Below the pieces are notes generated by a model. That model ran no database searches, had not been told where the DNA came from, and saw only the letters and a program-made list of their open reading frames with translations. Positions 37,801 to 49,904 of a stretch of DNA of 64,000 nucleotides are shown here, in pieces; the stretch's first letter is position 1; every line of letters begins with the position of its first letter. Origin of the DNA: Mizuhopecten yessoensis (Eukaryota); contig NW_018407599.1 in assembly GCF_002113885.1 (NCBI RefSeq), positions 4,157-68,156 on the forward strand, written 5' to 3'. Made by a program: the position numbers and the translations under genes.

Positions 37801-40178
37801 GGGAGCTTCAGTCTTTTCTAGGACTTACCAACTACTACAGACGGTTCGTTCAAAATTATGCAGAGATCGCTCTGCCACTGCATGACCTCACACGGAAGGA
37901 GGTAAAATTTGTATGGGAAGACCGTCAGTGTGAGGCATTCGAGGCCCTGAAGAAGGCAATTACCACTGCTCCGATATTGTCATACCCGTTGGAGAATTGC
38001 AAATTTGTCATAGATACGGATGCTTCTAACAGGAGTATAGGCGCCGTTCTTTCGCAAGTCCAAGATGGGGAGGAGAAAGTTGTTGCATATGCAAGTAGAA
38101 GACTGACCCCTGCACAGGAGAAATATTGTGTGACACGACGCGAACTTCTTGCAGTTGTTGCTTTCTGCCAGCATTTCAAACATTATCTTCTTGGCCGGAG
38201 GTTCTTATTACGCACAGACCATAGCAGTTTGTCATGGCTTTTCCGATTCAAGTCACCACAGGGACAGCTGGCGAGATGGCTAGAGGAGGTCAGTCAATAC
38301 TCTTTTGACATCGAACACCGTGCTGGGAAGCTGCATGTGAACGCTGATGCCATGTCACGGATTCCGGATCACGATTCGTGCCCTTGCTACTTCGCGGGTG
38401 CCACCGTTGAAACTCTACCCTGTGGAGGATGTATGTACTGTGCAAAACTACAGACTGCGTGGGAAAGATTCGAGGAGGATGTTGACGATATTGTGCCTAT
38501 AGCTGTTCGTTCGGCGGAGGTAACTGCTGTCGAAAAACACTCTGAGACCGGAGAGGACTCTAATACGAAGGACGATATTCCTCAATGTAACTGGCTACAG
38601 ACCAAAAGTCCGATGGAACTTCACGAAGAACAGATGCAAGATGAGGATCTAAAACAACTGTATTCATGTGTGGCCAACAGCGAGACAGTTCCTCTGGGTG
38701 AGGCGCAAGCAAGAAGTCCTGCTCTGCGGAAGTATCTACTAACCCTTCAGCAGTTCAAACTGATACACGATGTTCTCTACTACCAGTGGGAGGCAAATGG
38801 ACAGGAGTCACTGCGACTCCTGGTTCCATTCCAGATGAGAAAAGAGATCATGCAGGCATGTCATGAAGCTGTTTACTCCGGTCATCAAGGGGAGAAGAGA
38901 ACTCTGGAACGAGTGAAGAAGGACTTTCACTGGCACAACATGTCGATGGATGTGAGCATATTTGTTCGGAAATGTCATGTATGTGCCGCTGAAAAGAAGA
39001 GTAGTAGAACTATGAGAGCACCTCTTCAGACCTACATCTGCGGAGCGCCAATGGACAGGATACAATTGGATGTCGTGGGGCCTTTTCCTATTAGTGATGC
39101 TGGGAACAAATACATACTTGTCATCATCGACCAGTTCACGAAGTGGGTCGAGGCTTACCCAATCACACAACAGGACAGTAACACGACAGCAAAAAAACTG
39201 GTCCTGGAGTTCATCTCTAGATTTGGCGTACCCCTGGAGATCCACACGGATCAAGGACGAAACTTCCAAAGCGCCCTGTTCAAGGAAGTATGCCGGTTAC
39301 TCGGAATCGCACAAACCAGGACTACGCCCTATCACCCTTCATCTAATGGTCAGGTTGAGCGGTTTAACCGCACGCTGTTGCAGATGATCAGGTGTTATCT
39401 AGATCATGGCCAGGCGCATTGGGATGAGAACATTCCCCTTCTTCTGTCTGCTTATCGAAGTACGCCACACCCTGCGACAGGATTTACACCAAACCTGTTG
39501 ATGCTGGGTAGGGAGGTCCATTCTCCTCCCGAGCTGATCTACATGGATCCGGATATTTCGCGTTCCTCTGATGACGCACCCACCTACCTCGACCGGATGT
39601 TAGAGGGTATGCACATTACAGAGGAATTAGCTAGGAAAACATTGAGGGCTTCAAAGGTACATCAGAAAAAAGTATATGATCTACGGGCTAGGGGAAGAGA
39701 GTACCACGTCGGGGATCTTGTATACGTGAAGAACCAATCACGATCTGTTGGACAATCTCCGAAACTCCAATCTGTTTGGAATGGTCCTTTTGTGATCACC
39801 AAGAAATTTGGTCCGGTCGTGTATGAGGTCCGTGGCCGCAAGAAGGCTTCAGTTCTTCACCATGACCGGCTAAAACAATATTTGTCTGAGGTCATCCCGG
39901 CCTGGGTTACCAAGATAAAGCATGATCTTGGTACCTCCTCTCTCCCAACGATTGCTGAGGAAGACCATCTTCCAACCATGGATAAGAAGTTCGGGACAGA
40001 GGAAAACCACCACGAGTCGCAGAACAGCCAACAATCGCTGAAAGCCAGTTTACCAGAGGAAGAGCCAAAGACACCTGTGCCAACTGGGATGTGTTCACAG
40101 CGAACCATCTCAGATGAACCATCCCGGTCCTCGCGTTACGGCCGGGCATATAAGCAGCCTACCAAGCTTGACCTTTAG
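34815..40178 (+). CDS. gag-pol: Gag-Pol polyprotein: capsid-like gag, CCHC knuckle, aspartic protease, RT, RNase H, integrase
   Basis: CYRCGGKGHFQRDC (36072), IDTGAD (36261), WASPVVLV/MPFGL/YLDD (37572), DTDAS...RELLAVV, HHCC, D-D-E (QLD/HTD/QVE), WNGPF. Uninterrupted; first ATG at 34815. Confidence 0.98.
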   Translation: MCDKEQEVTPGEGESSVDTASAAAYDMLQFVMKSFDEQRDTQMKMFRQTMVEFEDEKKRSFEAQSEMMKSFMQETRHDIQNAIGHQAPLAQSTFSSMGPQQEFGRSTDRGSFGGFDEELRVIQDRERSYSSPNLNGQNSALSSTPSLERQDMGRMLNRHQGKGPQTKLPVFEGKEDIEVFIVPFERLAERYNWTDNEKVDRLYECLKGRAMWYICSLPREMRRDYRNLKDSLIKRFGRRDPPTTARSKLHEVRQRSLSNDEFGEEVWRLVTLAYPNVDLDLQDQLAAEAFLKGYKNPKVSYDVLNKKPKTINEAIEMVTSQEHNFKATIGREKEIRDKARRVSWADGAGVKNVSDDEEALNTQRVQLPNTALESDNLSKLDVRMKQLEDLVRNSSLECRARFDQLGNERQSGFSKEGKECYRCGGKGHFQRDCSSRRSRSPTPPNSPRSRSPQHDVKITRTNRTEKSIIVPVTVNGTTTEAVIDTGADATVISEKWANEINLLYAKPKKEIRLMTAEDGAEMTGLGVVTATLQIGEEVRELPVVIAPIRDNILVGIDLLQSVQAIIHTGEKNLEVNGKVIPGHSQLNRSGTAIARSIVRVHADVVVPPGSEKIIIGRLETPSDTSQAILEAFNHQSGMRVGSCLVSMNQTIPVRVLNLKDSEIKLTNGTFLGKVEEADLAWDPNMSREPSVNTSVEPEHLQEAPGTNGEVPLHVQDIFEESSKGLSSNQKEDLCMLLNDFPDIFAKDDYDLGRFSGVRHKIDTGENKPIRQPARRTPLGFQAEEDAHLQKLLDTGVVIPSSSEWASPVVLVRKKDGGVRWCIDYRKVNEVSVKDAYPLPKIEECLDTLSGATLFSTVDLMSGYHQIEVDEMDRSKTAFVTKQGLFEYTRMPFGLSNSPSTFQRAMELVLRGFQWVILLIYLDDVIVASRSFEEHMQHLRQVFSRIREHGLKLKAKKCRLFREEVLFLGHIINGDGISTNPKLVDDVLNWPVPSNCRELQSFLGLTNYYRRFVQNYAEIALPLHDLTRKEVKFVWEDRQCEAFEALKKAITTAPILSYPLENCKFVIDTDASNRSIGAVLSQVQDGEEKVVAYASRRLTPAQEKYCVTRRELLAVVAFCQHFKHYLLGRRFLLRTDHSSLSWLFRFKSPQGQLARWLEEVSQYSFDIEHRAGKLHVNADAMSRIPDHDSCPCYFAGATVETLPCGGCMYCAKLQTAWERFEEDVDDIVPIAVRSAEVTAVEKHSETGEDSNTKDDIPQCNWLQTKSPMELHEEQMQDEDLKQLYSCVANSETVPLGEAQARSPALRKYLLTLQQFKLIHDVLYYQWEANGQESLRLLVPFQMRKEIMQACHEAVYSGHQGEKRTLERVKKDFHWHNMSMDVSIFVRKCHVCAAEKKSSRTMRAPLQTYICGAPMDRIQLDVVGPFPISDAGNKYILVIIDQFTKWVEAYPITQQDSNTTAKKLVLEFISRFGVPLEIHTDQGRNFQSALFKEVCRLLGIAQTRTTPYHPSSNGQVERFNRTLLQMIRCYLDHGQAHWDENIPLLLSAYRSTPHPATGFTPNLLMLGREVHSPPELIYMDPDISRSSDDAPTYLDRMLEGMHITEELARKTLRASKVHQKKVYDLRARGREYHVGDLVYVKNQSRSVGQSPKLQSVWNGPFVITKKFGPVVYEVRGRKKASVLHHDRLKQYLSEVIPAWVTKIKHDLGTSSLPTIAEEDHLPTMDKKFGTEENHHESQNSQQSLKASLPEEEPKTPVPTGMCSQRTISDEPSRSSRYGRAYKQPTKLDL

Positions 40179-40196
40179 CAGGAGCTAAAGGAGCCT

Positions 40197-40208
40197 GGAA
40201 GGGGGTGG
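40197..40208 (+). promoter_or_regulatory. Polypurine tract GGAAGGGGGTGG
   Basis: Directly abuts the 3' LTR. Confidence 0.85.
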
Positions 40209-40384
40209 TGTAATGCGGATTTACCTCTTCCGGAAATCGGGGTCCGGTCCCCGGATTTGATGTTAGACGCGGAAGCACGTTATCCGGTGTTCGTTGAGTT
40301 TTACCGCCATTAAAAGGTTGCACTGAAAACTCGGACGATCTTTGTGTTGTTATTGAAGAACACAGCCAGCCATCCGGCATAACA
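40209..40384 (+). repeat. 3' LTR (176 bp)
   Basis: 175/176 identical to the 5' LTR; followed by TSD CTAT. Confidence 0.98.
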
Positions 40385-41689
40385 CTATTCTTACATTTAA
40401 CTTGCACGCTCACACCTACAACTTTACACAAAAAGGAAGAAAACATTAAAAAGGCAGATTGAGAGACAGAAGACGGAGACAGACAGACAGATAGATAGAC
40501 AGACAGACGTAATTATTATGTATTATGTCAGATATATGTCTTATACTGTCATACATTCACTTACGCATACTAATAAATACAGACATACACAAGAGAAAAG
40601 ACGGAAGGCAGAGAAAAAAAGTCCATGTGATGATGAATTTATATTTCTGTGTAATAGATATAATGATCGGCCAGCTCTGTAAAGAAATGTAAGGAGGAAC
40701 AAAGGTGTTTACAAAGTTAAATATCAAGTTTGATAAGATTTTCCCATTTTCTCCTTTTCATTTTCATTATCAACTCAACAAACGAAAAAGATTGTTTGTT
40801 GATAGAAAAAGGTATGAGCAATGCATGAGTGTGTGTCTCTAAACCTTGTAGAAGTGTTTTGACTTCTTGGCATTCCCACAGAATATGAGTGATTGGTTCT
40901 CTTTCCCAGTTACACAAATTACATAATGGACTGGTGACTTACTTTCCTTTAAAAAGTCTGGAATTAGTGGTAAGAATGTGATGAGATATCCTGTACTGAA
41001 GTCACTGAAGTTTAGTATTGTTTGTTTCCTGAAATGGCATTTTAATAGAATATTTCCCAGTCTCTGTTGGTTAGTTAGAACTGTTCCCCCCACTTAGCTT
41101 TACCAGTTGGTTCTCTCAAAGTTTTAGTTAAAATATTATAAAAATCTTTTGATCCTTTGAAATGTTTCAGCAATTCAGATTTAGTCCTTACTCCTTTTGT
41201 ATACTATTGTTTATAAAAGATAGGTTTTCCTGATATAGTAATATTTGTATTGAACCAGAGTGGTATTTCTAACACCCACTTCTCCTTTCTAATAGTCATT
41301 TCTTTTGAAATATGTAATTTATACTATGTTTTAAAAACGTCTTTCCAAAACGTATTTATTGTTACATATACTTAAACATTTTGTAACATACTCACCTCCA
41401 ATGTTAAGTAGAAAATCTGTGTTTACACAAATTTTTAATATTGAGAACCATTAACCTGGTGAATGATAAAGTCTTCTAACCCAATTCAGCTTCAATGAAT
41501 TTGCAAAAGCCCTTATATGAACCATTTTTAATCCACCATTTACATAATCTTGAACAACAATATTTCTTTAAACTTTTTCAACTTAACTATTCCACAAAAA
41601 TTCACATAAGATGGAATTAATTTTGTTAAATGTCTTTTTATCTGGGTTTAGAAAAGCTATACAAATGTGATTAGATTGTGAAATCAACA

Positions 41690-42030
41690 CATTTTGAGAT
41701 CACACTGTAACAATAACACATGTCTGAGATCACACTGTAACAATAACACATGCTTGAGATCACACTGTTACAATAACACATGCTTGAGATCACACTGTAA
41801 CAATAACACATTTTGAGAACATACTGTAACAATAACACATATTTGAAAACATACTGAAAACATTACAGCTGTTTGTTTGAGAACATGCTTTAACAAAAAT
41901 ACATGTTTGAAAACATACTTGAAAAAAAATACATGTTTGAAAACATGCTTGAACAAATATACATGTTTGAAACATACTGACCCAATAAGACATGTTTAGA
42001 AATATACTGCCGCAATATATTTGAAACTGA
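41690..42030. repeat. Insert of ~30-bp repeats within the LINE, inverted relative to 44450-44611
   Basis: TACTGAAAACATTACAGCTGTTTGTTTGAG (41852) is the reverse complement of CTCAAACAAACAGCTGTAATGTTTTCAGTA (44541). Confidence 0.85.
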
Positions 42031-42295
42031 CCCAATATTTCTTTTAACTTTGTCAACTTTACTATTCCACAAAAATTCAAATAAGATGGAATTAATTTTG
42101 TTAAATGTTTTTTTTTTTTATCTGGGTTTAGCAAAGCTTAAATATTTTTATTAAATTTTGAAATCAACAGGGATTTAATTACTGTATTTTCCCTATTGGT
42201 GTAGAATTTTTTCTTTTCCAGAATACAAGAGCTTTCAGTTTTACTTTATTCTTGTCATAATTAATTTTAGGGATAGCCTGTAGGTTTACATCAAA

Positions 42296-42730
42296 TTCTA
42301 CCCCTAGAAGAATGAATCTTTCCCGTCCCCACTGTAAATTCTACCCCTAGAAGATTGAATCTTCCCCGTCCCAACTGTAAATTCTCCCCCTAGAAGAATG
42401 AGTCTTTCCCGTCCCCAACTTTAAATTTTACCCCCCGAAGATTGGATCTTTCCCGTCCCCATCTGTAACTTCTACCCCTAGAAGAATGAATCTTTCCCGT
42501 CCCAACTGTAAATTCTACCACTAGAAGATTGAATCTTTCCCATCCCAACTGTAAATTCTCCCCCTGGAGGATGGAATCTTTCCCGTCCCAACTGTAAATT
42601 CTACCCCGGGAGGATGGAATCTTTCCCGTCCCAACTGTAAAATCTACCCCTAGGAGATTGAATCTTTCCCGTCCCCACTGTAAATTCTACCCCTGGAGGA
42701 TGGAATCTTTCCCGTCCCAACTGTAAATTC
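42296..42730. repeat. ~39-bp tandem repeat (CCCTAGAAGAATGAATCTTTCCCGTCCCAACTGTAAATTCTA) amplified from LINE coding sequence
   Basis: About 11 units; both ends are continuous with the LINE ORF2 frame (LQLGRERFILLGVEF). Confidence 0.88.
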
Positions 42731-44259
42731 AACTCTGGCATAAATGTGTCCTGGCTATACTTCTTAGATCCTATCCATATAACTTGGGTCTTATCAATGT
42801 TTACTTTAAGCCCAGAGATACTTGCATACATATTAAGTTCTTTTAAAGATTCAGATAATGACTTCATGTCCATCTAACATGAGAAAGGTGTCATCAGCGT
42901 ATTGAGAGAGAAGGACAGGAACTTGTACCAATTATTTTTTTGTTATTTCGTATTCTAATAGCTAAGACTTCAGCACAAAGGATAAAGATATAGGGAGCGA
43001 TTTGATTGCCCTGTCGAAAAATGTAGATAGTTTGCCCTCCTGATTTACTGAAGCTGATGCATTCCTATGTAAAGTTTTAAACCAGCACAGCCAAGACAGT
43101 ACAAACATGGGAATATTGGACTTGTTAACTCCCGTCAGTAGACAAACTGTAAAGGCCTTTAACAAACGACGGAGGTCGTCGTTAGTGTGATGTTGTAAGT
43201 TGAATTGTCGAAACAAAAACAACTAACAGGTGTTATTCCAAGGAATCTAAAGAATCATCCCGACCTGGGAAATATTTGATTGGAATTCAGCAAGTCACAC
43301 CCTTTTATAAGCTCTTCTCGTTTTGTTATTAAAGTCCAACCATCTTCGAATTAGAGAAGGTCGATGTCATCCATAACATTGTCAATGCAGCAAATAGCTC
43401 TGCTACATGCGGTAACAAGTTTATGATTACTTGTGTTATCTTTGCCTGCATCCTCCTCCATCTTCTTCCCGTCCTGATCAATATCCTGAAATCAAAAGTC
43501 ATACCTTGTTATACTATGTCCCGTAATCGTGCCTGACTGAAGAGCACAGCTGAATCCGTTCGGTCCTTGATGATTTGTATGGTGACTGATATACTGATGA
43601 TCCTTGTACCGGCGAGTGTTAAAGGAAGGCAGACTGATTGATTGGTTGGTTTAGCTCGGTTATCCAGGAAACGAAGAAGGAGAAAAGACGCGGACAGTTT
43701 CTTTTTTATATCCACATGGTTGACTGCACATTTTTCACGTTAAGTGATATCTCCTCATTTTTAAATCGTAACGTGTTCTGAAAACAGAAAGTAGGAAATT
43801 GATAGTAGAAATAACAATATACGCAACATTATAGTTTGTTATCCATAGAAAGGAATCATCTGTCATGTCACCCGTGTTTGGTATCATTTCGGGTAAAGAT
43901 TAGAGGCTCTAGCATACGACCGTTGTACTAAATGGAGATGTTCGACAGACGTGATAAATAGGCGATATTATCAAATTATGGTGTTTTTACAAATAATTGT
44001 TTTTTTCTGTGGATATGATTATTACACACAAAAGTTTGTAAAATCCGGACAATTTTAAACGACACTGGAGCCAGTTCCATTCCACAATTGTCTGCGATGT
44101 AATAGGCTAAGTAACAGTTATATCAAAAAGGCAATTGTCAGTTTATCTTAAAATGTGCCTTGAGGTGCATTTTTCTGTCATTTTTTATTAGTAGACATAA
44201 TCAGTAGAAGTCACGTGATCTCCTACATTGAATAATGTAATATCTAAATAACTAAATAG

Positions 44260-44611
44260 TCAAATATGTGTTATTGTAGTAGCATGGTCTCAGACATGTG
44301 TTATTTAGACAGTATGTTCTCGAATGGCAGAATATTTTCAAACATGTGTTATTATTGAAGTATGTTTTCAAATGCATTCTTGCAGTATATTTTCAAACAT
44401 AATTATGTTATTTTGCCAGTATGCTCACAAACATGTGTTCTTGTTGCAGTATGTTTTCAAATATATTGCGGCAGTGTGTTTCTAAATATGTATTTTTGTT
44501 AAAGTATGTTTTCAAACATGTGTTTTTGTTAAAGTATGTCCTCAAACAAACAGCTGTAATGTTTTCAGTATTTTTTCAAGCATGTGTTATTGTTACAGTG
44601 TGATCTCAAAA
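44260..44611. repeat. Degenerate ~30-bp repeat (AACATGTGTTATTGTTACAGTATGTTTTCA-like)
   Basis: Loose periodicity; inverted homolog at 41690-42030. Confidence 0.75.
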
Positions 44612-44739
44612 GTTTTATGAATTTAAAATAATCTTCATAATGACAATAACCATTTATTGATGAAAACATACGGTATTCTTACACACCTGAACGTAATGAT
44701 CAGAACCAGCTTACACACATGAACGTAATGATCAGAACC

Positions 44740-47700
44740 AGATTACGACAATATTACTACCCAAACACCTGGATCACGACAATATTACTACCCTTACACA
44801 TGAATTACGACCATATTACTACCCTAACACATAGATTATGACATTATTACTACCCTAACACCTGAATCACGACAATATTACTACCCTAACACATGGATTA
44901 CAACAATATTACTACCCTAACACATGGATCACGACAATATTAATACCCTAACACCTGGATCACGACAATATTACTACCCTAACACATGGATTACGACATT
45001 ATTACTACCCTAACACATGGATCACGACATTATTACTACCCTAACACCTGGATCACGACAACATTACTACCCTAACACATGGAACACGACAATATTACTA
45101 TCCTAACACATGTATCACGACAAAATTACTACACTAACACCTGGATCACGACAATATTACTACACTAACACCTGGATCACGACAATATTACTATCCTAAC
45201 ACATTGATTACCACCATATTACTACCTTAACACCTGGACCACGACAATATTACTACCCTAACACATGGATCACGACAATATTACTACCCTAACAAATGGA
45301 CTACGACCACATTACTACCCTAACACATGGATTACGAAAATATCACTACCCTAACACATGGATTACGACAATATCACTACCCTAACACATGGATAACGAC
45401 AATATTACTACCCTAACACCTGGATCACGACAATATTACTACCCTAACACATTGATTACAACCATATTACTACCCTAACACATTGATTACCACCATATTA
45501 CTACCCTAACACATCGATTACGACCATATTACTACCCTAACATATGGATTACGACAATATTACTACCCTAACACATTGATTACCACCATATTACTACCCT
45601 AACACATCGATTACGACCATATTACTACCCTAACACATGGATTACGACAATATTACTACCCTAACACATTGATTACCACCATATTACTACCCTAACACAT
45701 CGATTACGACCATATTACTACCCTAACACATGGATTACGACAATATTACTACCCTAACACATTGATTACCACCATATTACTACCCTAACACATCGATTAC
45801 GACCATATTACTACCCTAACACATGGATTACGACAATATTACTACCCTAACACATTGATTACCACCATATTACTACCCTAACACATCGATTACGACCATA
45901 TTACTACCCTAACACATGGATTACGACAATATTACTACCCTAACACATTGATTACCACCATATTACTACCCTAACACATCGATTACGACCATATTACTAC
46001 CCTAACACATGGATTACGACAATATTACTACCCTAACACATTGATTACCACCATATTACTACCCTAACACATCGATTACGACCATATTACTACCCTAACA
46101 CATGGATTACGACAATATTACTACCCTAACACATTGATTACCACCATATTACTACCCTAACACATCGATTACGACCATATTACTACCCTAACACATGGAT
46201 TACGACAATATTACTACCCTAACACATTGATTACCACCATATTACTACCCTAACACATCGATTACGACCATATTACTACCCTAACACATGGATTACGACA
46301 ATATTACTACCCTAACACATTGATTACCACCATATTACTACCCTAACACATCGATTACGACCATATTACTACCCTAACACATGGATTACGACAATATTAC
46401 TACCCTAACACATTGATTACCACCATATTACTACCCTAACACATCGATTACGACCATATTACTACCCTAACACATGGATTACGACAATATTACTACCCTA
46501 ACACATTGATTACCACCATATTACTACCCTAACACATCGATTACGACCATATTACTACCCTAACACATGGATTACGACAATATTACTACCCTAACACATT
46601 GATTACCACCATATTACTACCCTAACACATCGATTACGACCATATTACTACCCTAACACATGGATTACGACAATATTACTACCCTAACACATTGATTACC
46701 ACCATATTACTACCCTAACACATCGATTACGACCATATTACTACCCTAACACATGGATTACGACAATATTACTACCCTAACACATTGATTACCACCATAT
46801 TACTACCCTAACACATCGATTACGACCATATTACTACCCTAACACATGGATTACGACAATATTACTACCCTAACACATTGATTACCACCATATTACTACC
46901 CTAACACATCGATTACGACCATATTACTACCCTAACACATGGATTACGACAATATTACTACCCTAACACATTGATTACCACCATATTACTACCCTAACAC
47001 ATCGATTACGACCATATTACTACCCTAACACATGGATTACGACAATATTACTACCCTAACACATTGATTACCACCATATTACTACCCTAACACATCGATT
47101 ACGACCATATTACTACCCTAACACATGGATTACGACAATATTACTACCCTAACACATTGATTACCACCATATTACTACCCTAACACATCGATTACGACCA
47201 TATTACTACCCTAACACATGGATTACGACAATATTACTACCCTAACACATTGATTACCACCATATTACTACCCTAACACATCGATTACGACCATATTACT
47301 ACCCTAACACATGGATTACGACAATATTACTACCCTAACACATTGATTACCACCATATTACTACCCTAACACATCGATTACGACCATATTACTACCCTAA
47401 CACATGGATTACGACAATATTACTACCCTAACACATTGATTACCACCATATTACTACCCTAACACATCGATTACGACCATATTACTACCCTAACACATGG
47501 ATTACGACAATATTACTACCCTAACACATTGATTACCACCATATTACTACCCTAACACATCGATTACGACCATATTACTACCCTAACACATGGATTACGA
47601 CAATATTACTACCCTAACACATTGATTACCACCATATTACTACCCTAACACATCGATTACGACCATATTACTACCCTAACATATGGATTACGACAATATT

Positions 47701-49555
47701 ACTACCCTAACACATTGATTACCACCATATTACTACCCTAACACATCGATTACGACCATATTACTACCCTAACACATCGATTACGACAATATTACTACCC
47801 TAACACATTGATTACCACCATATTACTACACTAACACCTGGATCACGACAATATTACTACACTAACACCTGGATCACGACAATATTACTATCCTAACACA
47901 TTGATTACGACAATATCACTACCTTAACACATGGATTACGACAATATTACTACCCTAACACCTGGATCACGACAATATTACTACCCTAAAACATTGATTA
48001 CCACCATATTACTACCCTGACACATTGATTACCACCATATTACTACCCTAACACATAGATTACGACCATATTACTACCCTAACTCATGGATCACGACAAT
48101 ATTACTACTCTAACACATGGATCACGACAATATTACTCCCCCAACACATTGATTACCACTGTATTACTACCCTAACACATCGATTATGACCATATTACTA
48201 CCCTAACACATAGATTACGACCATATTAGTACCCTAACACATGGATCACGATCATATTACTACCCTAACACATTGATTACCAACATATTACTACCCTAAC
48301 ATATGGATTACGACAATATTACTACCTTAACACATTGATTACCACCATATTACTACACTAACACCTGCATCACGACAATATTACTACACTAACACCTGGA
48401 TCCCGACAATATTACTATCCTAACACATTGATTACGACAATATCACTACCTTAACACATGGATTACGACAGTATTACTACCCTAACACATGGATTACAAC
48501 AATATTACTACCCTAACACATGAATTACGACCATATTACTACTCTAACACATTGATTACGACCATATTACTACCCTACCACATCGATTACGACCATATTA
48601 CTCCCCTAACATATGGATTACGACAATATTACTACCTTAACACATTGATTACCACCATATTACTACCCCCACACATCGATTACGACCATATTAGTACCCT
48701 AACACATGGATCACGATCATATATTTTTGTAACTTCCTAACACCTGGTTTAACGATTACGACCATATTACTACCCTACCACATCGATTACGACCATATTA
48801 CTTCCCTAACATATGGATTACGACAATATTACTTCCCTAACACATTTATTACCACCATATTACTACCCTGACACATTGATTACAACCATATTACTACCCT
48901 AACAAATGGACTACCACCATATTGCTACCCTAACACATGGATCACGATCATATATTTTTGTAACTTCCTAACACCTGGTTTAACGATTACGACCATATTA
49001 CTACCCTAACTCATGGATCACGACAATATTACTACTCTAACACATGTATTACGACAATATTACTACCCTAACTCCTGGATCACGACAATATTACTATCCT
49101 AACACATTGATTACAACAATATCACTACCTTAACACATGGATTACGACAGTATTACTACCCTAACACATGGATCACGACCATATTACTACCCTAACATAT
49201 GGATTACGGCAATATTACTACCCTAACACATTGATTCCCACCATATTACTACCCTAACACATCGATTATGACCATATTACTACCCTAACACATAGATTAT
49301 GACATTATTACTACCCTAACACCTGAATCACGACAATATTACTACTCTAACACATGGATTATGACAATATTACTACCCTAACACATAGATTACGACCATA
49401 TTACTACCCTAACACATGGATTACGACATTATTACTACCCTAACACATGGACCACGACAATATTACTACACTAACACATGGATCACGACATTATTACTAC
49501 CCTAACACATGGATCACGATCATATATTTTTGTAACTTCCTAACACCTGGTTTAA
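44740..49555. repeat. 31-bp satellite (ATATTACTACCCTAACACATGGATTACGACA) with a homogeneous 93-bp trimeric higher-order core at about 45470-47760
   Basis: Strict cycling of GGATTACGACA / TGATTACCACC / CGATTACGACC variants. Confidence 0.97.
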
Positions 49556-49904
49556 CGACGTAATTTCCTACGAATTGTTTGGCAAACAAATGTTGAAAAG
49601 TAACGTCTATCTCCACTTAGTTTCAATGAAGTTAAATGTAAATGGTACTTACACGTTAACTTTTTCTTTTTTTTAATCATTACATATTTTTTCCTCGTAT
49701 AGTTTCCTTTACAGATAAAGAGATTCTCAGGAAAATAATGATAAAATAACTTTGTTCAAGTGAGTGCTCCACTGTAGTGCAGCTAGGTTAATGGTGATCA
49801 TACCTATATGTAGAATGTTTCTTCATCTCTCTAAAGTATTGATGGTGAACATGAAGATATTATAGGAAGCACATATCTGTGTCAGTGCTTTACTAAGACT
49901 ACAA

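Larger units (their letters stand above)
33475..40384 (+). mobile_element. Full-length Ty3/Gypsy (Metaviridae) LTR retrotransposon, 6910 bp, with an extra 5' ORF
   Basis: TG...CA LTRs at both ends, 4-bp TSD CTAT (33471-33474 and 40385-40388), PBS, PPT, and PR-RT-RH-IN domain order. Confidence 0.98.
40700..43110 (-). mobile_element. Decayed, 5'-truncated L1/Tx1-type non-LTR retrotransposon ORF2 (RT C-terminal half to Cys-His knuckle)
   Basis: Minus-strand peptides RQG..APYIFILCAEVLAIRIRNN, SQYADD (about 42890), SGLKVNIDKT, QDYVNGGLKM, PLWFNTNI, C..EREPITHILWEC. Many stops and frameshifts. Confidence 0.88.

Noticed and set aside
39960-40208. env gene or chromodomain after integrase
   Set aside because: The pol tail is low-complexity S/E/P-rich with no chromodomain motif, and only 30 bp separate the stop from the 3' LTR.
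44740-49555. Telomeric array
   Set aside because: Only one CCCTAA per 31-bp monomer; no tandem hexamers.
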